This document shows positions 33,898-50,701 of a stretch of DNA of 64,000 bases, piece by piece. Source of the DNA: Octopus sinensis (taxonomy: Eukaryota); contig NC_043009.1 in the NCBI RefSeq assembly GCF_006345805.1, positions 9,176,001 to 9,240,000 of the forward strand. Reading direction: 5' to 3'. A program made the position numbers and the translations under genes. Each line of letters opens with the position of its first letter. The first letter of the stretch is position 1. Under the pieces are notes generated by a model. It did not search any database. It was given only the letters and a program-made list of their open reading frames with translations, and had not been told where the DNA came from.

Positions 33898-35317
33898 AAA
33901 ATATCAAACAAAATTCAACGATATATCTTAAAATTAAAACATGAAATATCTTATTGAATATATTCTGTTAATTAAATCTTTAAACTTAATATGTAGCGTT
34001 TATAATAAATCTGTCTCGTTAAAATCATGGTGTTGAATAAAAATAGAATAAATAGATAGAAATATTTATTTTATCTATGAAAATATATTTTAGGTTATAG
34101 AATAAAATGACAAACTATAGTATATCATTACTGGAAAATTAAAATACAAGTAATTAAAATAAAATATTTAAAATAAAATATTTAAAATGCATAATATATA
34201 TTACGTGAAGCTAAAATACTATAATTTAATCTATATCCATTAAGTTATTTATTTATGTATTTAATAAACATCTAAGTTTAATCTTATTCTAATTATATAA
34301 TATATACTAAAAAATTTCATGCTAACTTATAAACTTATTTTTAATAATAATAGAAACTTTGGTTAATTTAAATTAAAATACATGTAATTACAACAAAATA
34401 TTTAAAATTAAAAAAATAAATATTTAAAATTCATAATATACATTAAGTGAAGCGAAAATTCAAACTATATCCATTAAATCATTTATTTATGTATTTATTT
34501 AATAAACATCCAAATTTTATCTTATTCTAATTATGTAATATTAAAAAACCTCATGCTAACTTGTAAACTTATTTAGAAATATTGGTAAATTCTATAAATG
34601 AGTGGAATATTAAATCTATACATAAATTGAATTAATTATATAATAAGTTTAACTAATTTGTTTGTATATATTTGAACCATTTTTCTATTATTAATTCTTG
34701 TAGTTATAGTTTTGTAGTAGTATTTTGTATATAAGTTAGCATGAATTAAAAATAGAAAAATGGTTCAAATATATACACACAAATTAATTAAACTTATTAT
34801 ATAATTAATTCAGTTTATGTATAGATTTAATATTTCACTCATTTATAGAATTAACCAAAGTTTCTAAATAAGTTTATAAGTTAGCATGAAATTTTTTAGT
34901 ATATATTATATAATTAGAATAAGATTAAACTTAGATGTATATTAAATAAATACATAAATAAATAATTTAATGGATATAGATTAAATTATAATATTTTAGC
35001 TTCACTTATTGTATATTATGTATTTTAAATATTTGTTTTGAATATTTTGTTTTAATTACTTGTATTTTAATTTTCCAGTAATGATATACTCTAGGTTGTC
35101 ATTTTTTCCTGAGCTAAAATATATTTTCATAGATAAAATAAATATTTCTATCTATTTATTCTATTTTTATTTACACCACAATTTTAACGAGATAAATTTA
35201 TTATAAACACTAAGTCCTACATATTAAGTTTAAAGATTTAGTTAACAGAATATATACAATAAGATATTTCATGTTTTTTTATTTTAAGATATATTGTTGA
35301 ATTTTGTTTGATTTTTT
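33898..35317. mobile_element. Foldback (FB-like) palindromic element, ~1.4 kb
   Basis: Outer arms ~33898-34340 / 34866-35317 and inner arms ~34555-34700 / 34742-34880 are reverse complements. The left arm has an extra tandem module at ~34380-34560. Confidence 0.8.
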
Positions 35318-35667
35318 ATTGTAAAATTACATATTTTTATATATACTTATCTTTTCTTATAAGATAATATACGCACATTTATTTAATTATTATATTGTTT
35401 TTATCTTAGACATGATGAGTGGCTATATTTAAATTCAATTGATTTTATTGTTATCAATTTGAAAATATAACCATGAATTACGTGTAGTCTATTTATTAAT
35501 TATATACTATTTATTTATTATTTAGTACTTTATTTAGTTCTAGGTAAATGTTTTATCGTATCTTTAATTTTTTTCTATAAGGTATGATTTAAGGATATCA
35601 TTGTTGAATTGCTACATGGTGGTTGTTCTCTAAGTTATATACATGTAATATATATATATATATACAT

Positions 35668-36600
35668 CTAGGACACAGGCAAGTAAACAAACCAGAAGAA
35701 TTCTTTGCCACTTTACCTGTGGCCAAAGAGGCAAAAATTGAGAACATCAACATTGAAGATGATGATGTCACACTGGCCATAGATGAGGTTGACACAAACT
35801 CAGCTGCTGGACCTGATGGATTTCCAGCGATTATTCTCAAATCGTGCAAACGAGCCCTTGCAAAATCGCTACAGCTCCTTTTACAGAGCTTTCTTGCAAA
35901 TGGTAAGCTCCCAGTTAAATTGAAAGAAGGGATAATATGCCCTATCCATAAGGGAGGAAGCAGGACAGATGCTAAAAATTATAGGCCTATCTCTCTGATC
36001 TCACCCATCAGCAAAGTCATGGAATGAATAGTCTGTAAGAAACTAATCATGTTCCTTGAAGAAAATGACTTGCTGACTGACACCCAGCATAGATTTCGAC
36101 CAGGTAGAAGCTGTCTAACACAGCTCCTGCAACACTATGACTGGGTGTTAAAACAGCTACTAAATGACTCAAGTGTGGATGTGATATATCTCGACTTTGC
36201 AAAAGCCTTTGATAAAGTCGACCACGGTATGATCTGTCATTCGACCAGGTAGAAGCTGTCTAACACAGCTCCTGCAACACATGACTGGGTGTTAAAACAG
36301 CTACTAAATGACTCAAGTGTGGATGTGATATATCTCGACTTTGCAAAAGCCTTTGATAAAGTCGACCACGGTATGATCTGTCATAAACTGTGTGGTCTCG
36401 GCATAGGCAGAAAACTTGGAGAGTGGCTGCACAACTTCCTAAAAGATAGAAGGCAGGCAGTGGTGGCCACCTGCAAGGAAACAAATAACAAGCGGTGTTC
36501 CACAGGACACAGTCTTGGGGACCCTTTCAGACATGCCCTCAGTTGCTAAGATGGCCACCCTTGCTAGCTATGCAGATGACACAAAAGTTTCTCAGACTCA
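35668..36600 (+). mobile_element. CR1-type LINE RT fragment (copy 1)
   Basis: AAGPDGFP, PIHKGGSR..KNYRPISL, QHRFRPGRSCLTQL, IYLDFAKAFDKVDH. Multiple stops and frameshifts. Confidence 0.88.
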
Positions 36601-39245
36601 CAAGAATTAAAGAAATCCTCATGAATCTGGAACACCACGTGACCATATTTCTTATGAGTGATTTCAACTTCCCCAACGTCAAATGGCCCGAAGGTCTCAT
36701 ACTCTCAGGAATGAATCATTGCAAGCAAGCACAGGTGGAGTCCCTGCTCAACCTCACCAATGCCCTATTCATGGAGCAAGCTGTACTCAGACTGACTAGG
36801 GTGAATAACATTCTGGATCTCTGCTTCATGAACAATATGGACATCATTCATGATGTGAAAGTGACACCAACATTAGTCTCAGGTAACAGCATAATAGAGC
36901 AGTCTATGTTTGAGCTGAAAGTAACTGGAAACGATACAACTAAAAAAAGCACCTGAAATCTCTCCCATCTGAACTCCCACAAGCAGATTGGAAATCATCC
37001 AAAAAGAATCCTCAGAGAGGACTGCCGAGAATGGTCTCTCCACTGCAGACATTGACTGAAACTAGAATGTTTTATGTCCTGTTGTGCAAGCCATATGCCA
37101 GAATATGTCCCAGAGCACAAGGCCAAACACATAGAGACAAGATTTCAAGGGAGAGGAAGATCCTCATGAGACGACGGACAAAGGCTGCAAATCGACTCAC
37201 CAACATTCCAAAAGTAGCGAAATGTCCTGCCTAAAAACAACACTGATGGAGATCGAAAAAGGCTGCAACAATCCTATGTGAGGGAGAAAGCAGACAAAGA
37301 AGCCTGAGTTATTAAGAACATTAAGTCAAACCCAAAGGCCTTCTTTTATTACACGAAAGAAACAGCCTCAGTATACTGCAAGATAGGACCTTCCTCCAAA
37401 AGGATAGCTCCCTCACAGACAGTCCTACTAAAATAAGTGAGATACTGAATGACCATTTCAAAAGTCTCTTTACCACTCTGTTGGAACATAGACAAGTGAA
37501 TGAACCAGTGGACTTCTTTGCCGCCTCACCTATAAACAGTGAGACAGTTACAATGGAATACATTGACATTAGCAAAGAAGATATACTACTAGCCATAGAT
37601 GAAGTGGATACAAACTTAACTGCTGGTCCTGATGGTTTCCTAGCAATCCTCCTCAAATTGTGTAAGCATGCCCTAACAAAACCCCTCCAGATTCTCTTTC
37701 AGAGCATTCTTACAAATGGCAAAGTGCCAAGCAAGCTGAAGGAGGGAATAATATGCCCAATACATAAAGGGGGAAGTAGAGCAGATGCCAAAAACTATAG
37801 GCCTATCTCTCTGACTTCACACATCAGCAAAGTCATGGAACAGATAGTCAGAGGGAAACTAATCGCATTCCTTGAGAAAATAAACGTGCTGAGTGATACC
37901 CAGCATGGTTACGACCAGGTAGGAGCTACCTGACCCAGCTCTTACAACATTTATGACTAGGTGTTGGTCAGTTACTCAAAAATCAATTTGACGTAATATA
38001 CTTTGATTTGCATAAGCTTTTGACAAGGTGGATCATGATATGATAATGCCACAAACTGCATGACCTTGGTATAGCTGGAAAACTTGGAGAGGGTTACATG
38101 ACTTTCTGAAAGATAGGAGTCAGGCAGTAGTGGCTAATGGAGCCACCTCTATGAACACACAAATAGTGAGCGGTGTTCCACAGGGCACTGTCTTTGGACC
38201 ACTGCTTTTTATAGTGGCCCTCTCAGATATGCCCTCAAATGCCCGGATAGCCATGCTTGCAAGCTATGCAGATGATACGAAAGTCTCGCAGGATATACAG
38301 AACCCCAGTGATGTTGCACATCTGCAGCAGGAGTTGGACTCAATTTACAGATGGGCTGAGGATTATAATATGCAGTTTAATGCTGAAAAATTCCAAGCCC
38401 TGTACTACCAGCATCCAAAACTGAATATGAAACTTACAGGGTCCACTGGTCCACAGGGAGTTACAATCCCAGAGTCTAAATCAGTGAGGGACCTGGGTAT
38501 CGACATGAGTGATGGTACCTTTTTCCAAGTGCACATTACCAGGATGGTGACAAAGTGCATACGACTGGCTGGCTGGATCCTGAGAACATTCAGAACCAGA
38601 GATAAGGAAACCATGATAGTTCTTTGGAGTACATTCATCCTAAGCCACCTGGATTACTGCTCTCAGCTAAGGTCACCTAACAGTGTAAAATTTAACAATA
38701 GACCTTGAAGCAATCCAGCAAAGCTTCACAAAGAAGATTATCTCTTTGCAACAGCTCAGCTACTGGGAAAGTCTGAAATAGCTAAGACTCTACTCCCTGG
38801 GGCGAAGGTGGGAGAGGTATGCAGTAATATATATCTGGAAGATCCTGGGAGGAATTGTGCTAAATTTTGTCATTGAAAGCGACACCAATGCCAGAACGGG
38901 ACGACACTGCATAGTGCTAAAGATCCCGGCAACGCCATCGTGCTTCAAGACCATTTACTGCAACAGCCAGGGTTTCAGGAGCACACAGCTTTTTTAATAT
39001 TCTCCCAAAGAGCCTGAGGAACCTGCAGAAAGTAGATGTAGGCATTTTTAAATCAAGGCTGGACTTCTTCCTGTCCAGAGTCCTAGATGAACCAACCTCA
39101 CGGCAAGCAGTACAAATGAGGTAGCTACATCAAACTCCATTCTTCACCAAGTGTCACATATTAGAGGAAACTCTCAGTAATAACAGTGTAGCAGAATGGC
39201 AATGCTCCACCATGGCCACAGCTCTAAGCTGAAACTACAATAAAA
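36600..39245 (+). mobile_element. CR1-type LINE (copy 2): APE C-terminus + RT + 3' end, decayed
   Basis: SDFNFPNVKW, NNILDLCF, NYRPISLTSHISKVME, SGVPQGTVFGPLLF, YADDTK, LSHLDYCSQL; ends in an A-rich tail before (TA)n. Confidence 0.9.
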
Positions 39246-39254
39246 AAATACATG

Positions 39255-39271
39255 TAATATATATATGTATT

Positions 39272-39318
<47 letters not shown>

Positions 39319-39637
39319 ATATATATATATATATATAAAAATATATATGTAATATATGATATATATATATATAAATATTATAAATAAATATATATACATA
39401 TATTTGTATAATATATTATATATATATGTATGTATTATATAAATATATTTATATATATATATATATATAAATATATATATGTAAAATATATATATTATAT
39501 ATATATAAATAAATATATATTTATATATATATATATATATATGTATATTCCTTCTTCCATTTTCCTGAGCGCCTAATAATAATAATACTGTAATTGTTCG
39601 ACGTGTTGTTGTTTTTTCTGTTTTTCCCGTTGGATTA

Positions 39638-39687
<50 letters not shown>

Positions 39688-39869
39688 TATATGTATATAT
39701 ATATGTATATATATATGTAATATATATATATATGTTATATATGTATATATATAGTATATATATATATGTATAAATATAATGTATATATATTATGTATATA
39801 AATATGTATATATATATGTATATATATATATTAATATATATATATATATGTGGGTGTTGTATATATATA

Positions 39870-39910
<41 letters not shown>

Positions 39911-39969
39911 ATATTTATATGTATGAATATATATATATGTATGTAACATACCTACATATATATATATAT

Positions 39970-40008
<39 letters not shown>

Positions 40009-40075
40009 GTATATATAAATATGTATGTATATATGTATATATGTGTATATATATATAGAACAAGTAGAAAGATAC
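39255..40075. repeat. Compound (TA)n microsatellite block
   Basis: Seen directly; interrupted at ~39550-39642 by a family B fragment. Confidence 0.95.
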
Positions 40076-40167
40076 ATTTTTTTCAATGCATGAGTACTGA
40101 ACAGTATATATAAAGGATAAAATCCTTTTAAGAGCAGATACAGTGTGTGTTATAATATTTGTTACAG

Positions 40168-40381
40168 CAACACTTGATACGATTAATAAGCAAATGAGTA
40201 CAGAGAAACGAGAAATTACAGACCAGTTTACTCTGTTGACTTTAGAGGGGGGGATGGGTTCTCTATCGCATGACAGTGTTTCAAAGGATCCTTTCTTCAC
40301 TTCTGACAAATGGTTATCTCCCTTCTTCATACCAGCATATCAACAATCCTTGAAACAGCTTCAAGGGAGAGAACCTATTTT
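40168..40381 (+). CDS. Candidate internal coding exon of an unidentified gene (71 codons)
   Basis: Acceptor ATATTTGTTACAG|, open frame [18 protein letters not shown], donor TT|GTGAGG. Non-repetitive-looking, with A/T-biased third codon positions. No family recognised. Confidence 0.35.
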
Positions 40382-40869
40382 GTGAGGCAAACTGATCCTT
40401 TAGATCCATTACATAAAGACTTTTCACTCTCCACTTAGCATAAATGGAACTGCCTTAGAAATACATCAAAAATATGTGATTGTGACTGAAAATAAGTCCT
40501 GGTGAACGCATGAAAATACTTGTGTCAATCCAGTCACATAATAATTTGTGTTTCTGTCGCATACTTTAATAGTGGCTTTCTAGTTCATTACCTAGCTTTT
40601 TTTCTCATGACCTAATTGTATAAAAATTATTTTAAATTATAACATAAACAATCCATTCTCTTTTCCCTGTTAGCATAAGCTGTAGAGTATACCAACTAGC
40701 TCTGCATATCATGGGGCAATACAAAGTATTGTAATATTTTCTGAAGTGATGTGGGTGTAGTGATTAATATAATTTTTTCTACTCCAGGCACAAGGTCAGA
40801 AATTTGGGGGGAGGACGCCAGTGAATTAGCTCGACTCTAGTATGCAACTGGTACTTAATTTATTGAAAA

Positions 40870-41100
40870 GTGGCGAGCTGGCAGAAAACGTTAGCACACC
40901 GGGCGAGATGCGTAGCCGTATTTCGTCTGCCGTTACGTTCTGAGTTCAAATTCCACCGAGGTCGACTTTGCCTTTCATCCTCTCGGGGTCGATAAATTAA
41001 GTACCAATTACACACTGGGGTTGATGTAATCGACTTAATCCATTTGTCTGTCCTTGTTTGTCCTCTCTGTGTTTAGCCCCTTGTGGGTAGTAAAGAAATA
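40870..41100 (+). mobile_element. SINE family 2
   Basis: Near full-length copy. Confidence 0.85.
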
Positions 41101-41236
41101 GGTACTTAATTTATTGATCCTGAAGGGATGAATGGCAAAGTCGACCTCGGCAGAATTTGAACTCAGAACATAAAGACAGATCAAATACCACTAAGCATTT
41201 CGCCTGGCATGCTAATGTTTCTGCCAGTTCGCCGCC
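41101..41236 (-). mobile_element. SINE family 2, inverted copy adjacent to 40870-41100
   Basis: Reverse complement of 40870-41005. Confidence 0.8.
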
Positions 41237-41371
41237 TTGTAATGTGCACAGACAAGTATCTGTGTCTTAGAGTTTGTGCTTCTCCATACTTCCAAACATG
41301 ATGAGTGTTGGTTTGTTTATGTCCCAGTAACTTATCAGTTCAGCAAATGAGGTCAGCAGAATAATCACATC

Positions 41372-46127
<4,756 letters not shown>

Positions 46128-46435
46128 TTGGCATCCGATTTCCATGCTAGCATGGGTTGGACGGTTCAACTGGGGTCTGTGAAGCCAGAAGGCTGCACCA
46201 GGCTCCAGTCTGATCTGGCAGTGTTTCTACGGCTGGATGCCCTTCCTAACGCCAACCACTTCGTGAGTGTAGTGGGTGCTTTTTACGTGCCACCCGCACA
46301 GGTGCCAGACAGAGCTGGCAAACGGCCACGGACGGATGGTTCTTTTCACGTGCCACTGGCACGGGGGCCAGATGAGGCTGGCAACGGCCACAATCGGATG
46401 GTGCTTTTATGTGCCACCGGCATGGGGGCCAGGCG
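46128..46435 (-). mobile_element. RTE LINE 3'-end copy
   Basis: TTCCATGCTAGCATGGGTTGGACGG.. in reverse orientation. Confidence 0.85.
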
Positions 46436-46436
46436 A

Positions 46437-46470
46437 TGATAATAATATTAATAATAATAATGATAATAAT

Positions 46471-46520
<50 letters not shown>

Positions 46521-48340
46521 CAACATTAATACAAATAGTGATAATAACAACATCAATAATATTGGTAGTATAGATAAAAGTGTAGGAGGTGATGATAATG
46601 AGGATGGATTAATAACTAGTAACCCCAGTTTGCATAACAATGTAACTACTATTAGAGAAAATAACACTAATACTAATAACAACTCAAATAACAGTAATGA
46701 AAATAAACTGTCCTTAAATAATACTAGTACTTGAAATTATTCCCCCAGTTGTAATTGTAGGATTAGATCAAAATGTCCAATATCTGGCCATTGTTCGGTC
46801 CAAAACATGATTTATAAATGTACAATAGCTTCAAATAACAACTTTCTTTATTTCAGTTGTTCTGTAGATTTAAAAAATATGTTTAAACAATCATTTTTCC
46901 TCCTTTAGGCTCAAACACAAAGCAGGTTGCACAACATTGTCTAGTAAAATTTGGGAACTAAAAACGAATAATATAGAATTCAACCTGAAATGGGATATAG
47001 TAAGAAAAGCAGTGCCTTATAAAAATTGTAGGGATGGTTGTCAACTTTGTTCTATGGAAACATATGAAATTTTAAAACATTGGAGTAATACAAATCTGTT
47101 AAATAACCGTTCGGAGCTATGAGTATCTTGCATACATCGCACAACCCATACGTTTAAATATTTTAAATAATAATATTGTGAATATTCCTAAATTTTTCAA
47201 ATTTTAATTCTTTATAACCAAATAAGAACGAATATATCATACTGGTTTTTAATTCAACACACATAGATTACTGAAACTTCATTGCAAACTTAGAATTAAA
47301 TTCTTCTTTTTCTAATATTCTCCAATACTAAATAGTATAAATTCTATGTCCCTAAGGAAACTATTCGGTTCACCTTGATTATCTCACTTCCATTTCTTAA
47401 TATATAATTAACCTAAGATATTTTTACCTAATTAACCTTTCTCCGCGGGTTGTAACTATTATTTCCAACAGATCCTATATTTTAATTCATTAATAACAAC
47501 TCACTATCTATGAAATCTGAATAATTTACTTTTCTAAATTACTTCTCTTCATATTATTAAATCACCTTCTACTAAACCTACGAATACCTTTCTTCTTTGA
47601 TTTTTTCCTCTTCTATTTTTCCTAGTATATATTTTGGACTCCTAATATATGCACTTGATTAATAAGACTTTTTCCCCAATTAATAAGTATTATGCCTACT
47701 CATAATAAGTGATAGACTTTTCTCTAAATTGAATAAATTTTAGATCTATAATTTCTCCTTTAATCCAACGTATCAAAGTACTCACAACCTATCAGCTAAT
47801 TAAAATGTTGATGTATATTAGTTTTATAAAAATCTCTGCATTCTCTATGAGTGATCATTATAACCATTTGACATTAACCTAGTTTTTCTAATGTTAAATC
47901 TGTTTACCAAATAGTAGTAATTGGCATTGTAATGTGACAATCCTTTTCTATCTACCTAAATTTCTTTATATGGAACTTTGAACATCTATTTCACCCCTAT
48001 TTCTATAAATAGAAAATCTTTGTTGTCTCCTTTCATTTGTACATTCTTCTCAGAACCTTCTAGTAGTTCAGAGCAACTGACTATTAGTCAGTTAGTTGAT
48101 AAACTCCACTCCCTTAAATGTTCTTAAAATTTAAATCCACATCTTTGTCTATATATCTACCTTCTCTATAAGGTTATCACTTGGTATGAAAATTATGTAT
48201 TAATGGAAAACCTCTATTAATGGCTGATGAGTGCTCAGCATTTTAAAACTGTTGTAATGCTTACAACATTTAATAAAATGATGTAATGTGAAACGATCGT
48301 ACCAAATTACCGAAGTTATTCTTGTTGCTTATTTTGATTA
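46437..48340 (+). mobile_element. Penelope-like element remnant: Asn-rich linker + GIY-YIG endonuclease + 3' region with hammerhead
   Basis: Reading through the TGA at 46732: SCNCRIRSKCPISGHCSVQNMIYKCTI..YFSC; then SSKIWELK..LKWDIVRKAVPY..CQLC..LLNNRSEL. Typical PLE endonuclease cysteine and GIY-YIG pattern. RT absent. Confidence 0.75.
48221..48304 (+). ncRNA. Minimal type-I hammerhead-ribozyme-like motif
   Basis: TGG-CTGATGA-G..long hairpin (TGTTGTAA/TTACAACA)..T-GAAA, palindromic ACGATCGT, GTA triplet, CCA. Confidence 0.65.
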
Positions 48341-48354
48341 TATATATATATATG

Positions 48355-48422
<68 letters not shown>

Positions 48423-48438
48423 AGTGTGTGTGTGTATG

Positions 48439-48764
48439 TATGAAGTTGTACTGAAAGGCAGAACTTTCCCTAACTCACCTAGGTTGTTCAAATTGCACAT
48501 GTTGCCAGAGTATCTCTTCTTTCATAGAAAGATACTATTCAACACAGTCTCCATCACAAGTGAGGAATTTGTTCCATCATTGAACCCAACTCACAAATCC
48601 GCTTTGGAAAAATAATTCAGGTGTGTACAATTCTACCCACTTCTTTTACAGTCACTTTCATCTTGTCTATGGATGTCATTAAATCGCTGCTTTCGAAGAA
48701 TGTCTTTCATTGGATCTGAGCTGTACTGTTAGTGGTGGTGGGGGAGACATTTGGCCAACCCAAT
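48439..48764 (-). mobile_element. mariner-like transposon remnant
   Basis: TIR-like TATGAAGTTGTACTGAAA; minus-strand fragment MKDILRKQRFNDIH; second TIR-like TTGGCCAACCCAAT at 48751-48764. Confidence 0.45.
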
Positions 48765-49169
48765 TTGCCAATTGCCTGATTTATTACACGCGCACACACA
48801 CACACACACACACACAAGCACATATACACACACGCGTGCATGTACGCACACATACACACAAACACTCACCAGATGTGCGTAAAGCAGTGATGATTGAAAT
48901 ATAGTCCTATACAATTGTATTTAACACACTCCTGTACACCTGCACATGGAAAGACCTTTACTGCAAAAGATGTCTCATGAGAAAGTTCTCCTTATAGGTA
49001 ATATATGTGAAAGCACATTACTGGTCTATGAATGATGCCATGAGATCATCATAGGATGCATGTATGTCTGCGTCTTTACACATCATCTTCTACGGACACC
49101 AAATCCATTGTTCAGAGACCCCTAGACATGATTAGCTGTGAGTTCATACTATTTGTAGTACCCTACTAG

Positions 49170-49323
49170 GCAGAAATACATCTAGCATTCCCACCACCTG
49201 CTGCTAGGACAATTTCATCTGTCTCTGATTTAAATGATGCTTTTAAACATAGCATGCTTGAAGAGATATTATCTCTGGATGAATACCACAGAAAGTTTGC
49301 TTTATATGATGTATTTACATTAA
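49170..49323 (+). CDS. Candidate internal coding exon of an unidentified gene (51 codons)
   Basis: ..CCCTACTAG|GCA GAA.. AEIHLAFPPPAARTISSVSDLNDAFKHSMLEEILSLDEYHRKFALYDVFTL, donor AA|GTATGA; strong third-position A/T bias. The antisense frame is also open, so the strand is uncertain. Confidence 0.3.
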
Positions 49324-49907
49324 GTATGATACACAGATGATTATTTTTAACTAACACTGCTTCTATTGCATAGAACGAATTTTTATTCATCCCAGTGGCC
49401 CAGTTATTGTTTACTCACTGTTTTCCTATATCAGTCACAATAGATTTCATCTAGGCATGCAGTTGGCTGATGTGTGCAAAACTAAATCAAAGAGAAATTA
49501 ATTAACTAGAAAATGAACAAAGCCTCATTGATTGAAATATAGGTGTATACAATTATATTTAATACGTTTATACACACTCAGATGTCTGTAGAGCAATTTT
49601 TCCTGATAAATGCAGAAATGCATGGTTCTTATGGTCCAATGATGTCATTCATACCCCAGTTCTGTGTTTCCACACATACTGTCAGATATTGTTTATAATC
49701 GGAATTTTGCTTTCAGACACTTTCTGCAGCAAAGGTCTTTCCACATCCAAAGGTACATGAACATGTTAAATATAATTATACATACCTGCCTGCCTCTCTG
49801 TCAGTCAGTCAGTCAGTCAGTCTGTCTCTCTTTCTCTCTCACCGTGTGTGTACCGTTGGCGATTTTTTTTCCTCTGTCTTCCCTTCTCTGGATCTTTCCT
49901 TCTCCTA

Positions 49908-50042
49908 TGTTTCCGACGAAGAGCTCCGCTCGAAACGTTAAGCCCTACTTCTTCCCTTCCTTCCTGAGTGTCCAATAATACTATATTTGTTCCACGTCCT
50001 CGCGTTGTTGTGTTTTCTCTGTTTTCATGTTTGGATTAACTA
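49908..50042 (+). mobile_element. Family B hammerhead-like cassette ending in (TA/CA)n
   Basis: TTT-CCGACGA-A-GAGC(TCC)GCTC-GAAA-CGT-T-AAG. Its 3' part is homologous to 39550-39642. Confidence 0.55.
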
Positions 50043-50106
50043 TATACACACACACATATATATATATTTCTTTGTGTGTTTGCATATATAGGTATGCATA
50101 TACATG

Positions 50107-50149
<43 letters not shown>

Positions 50150-50351
50150 TTTTTTTTTATCCGAGGGGAGGCAATGTGAGCAACAACCACAGGAAATCCA
50201 CAGAAAGATTTTGTGATGTTCCTGTGGTTATTGCTCGCATTGCCTCCCCTTTGATAAAAAAAAGTGTATACAGCTCATTAGAACACTTCTATTTCCAGTC
50301 CGTTGTATATTTTGAGCGTTGTTGACACTCAAGATATAACTTTATATTTTG

Positions 50352-50395
<44 letters not shown>

Positions 50396-50405
50396 CATAC
50401 ACACA

Positions 50406-50628
50406 CCGGAGTAAGCACATAAATGTGAAACACAGTGGAAAAATAGTACTCGAATACCGGAGGTAGAGTAATATGCTTCATTAATAAAGCTGCAAAGGCA
50501 TCACAAAAACTGCTACTCAGAGTTTCACGTTTCCATTCGTCTGAGAGTTTTGGTCCCAACGAACAAGAACATGAAACTCTGAGTAACAGTTTTTGTGATG
50601 TCTTTGCAGCTTTATTAATAAAGCATAT
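50406..50628. mobile_element. Fold-back hammerhead cassette (family C), second copy
   Basis: Starts CCGGAGTAAGCACATAAATGTGAAAC like 32555. Arms 50471-50540 / 50559-50628; degenerate cores on both strands. Confidence 0.7.
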
Positions 50629-50701
50629 ATATGTATGTGTATCATCATCATCATCATCATCATCATCTTCATCAGCATCATTTAGTGTCCATGTGTATAT
50701 A

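Noticed and set aside
39641-40330. 229-aa minus-strand ORF with a TM-like segment
   Set aside because: More than half is (TA)n. The unique part is the shadow frame of the plus-strand exon candidate, has a stop four codons upstream of its ATG, and lacks good splice sites.
46276-46734. Poly-Asn host protein
   Set aside because: A chimeric ORF of RTE 3'UTR plus the Penelope-like linker; it continues past a stop into the GIY-YIG domain.
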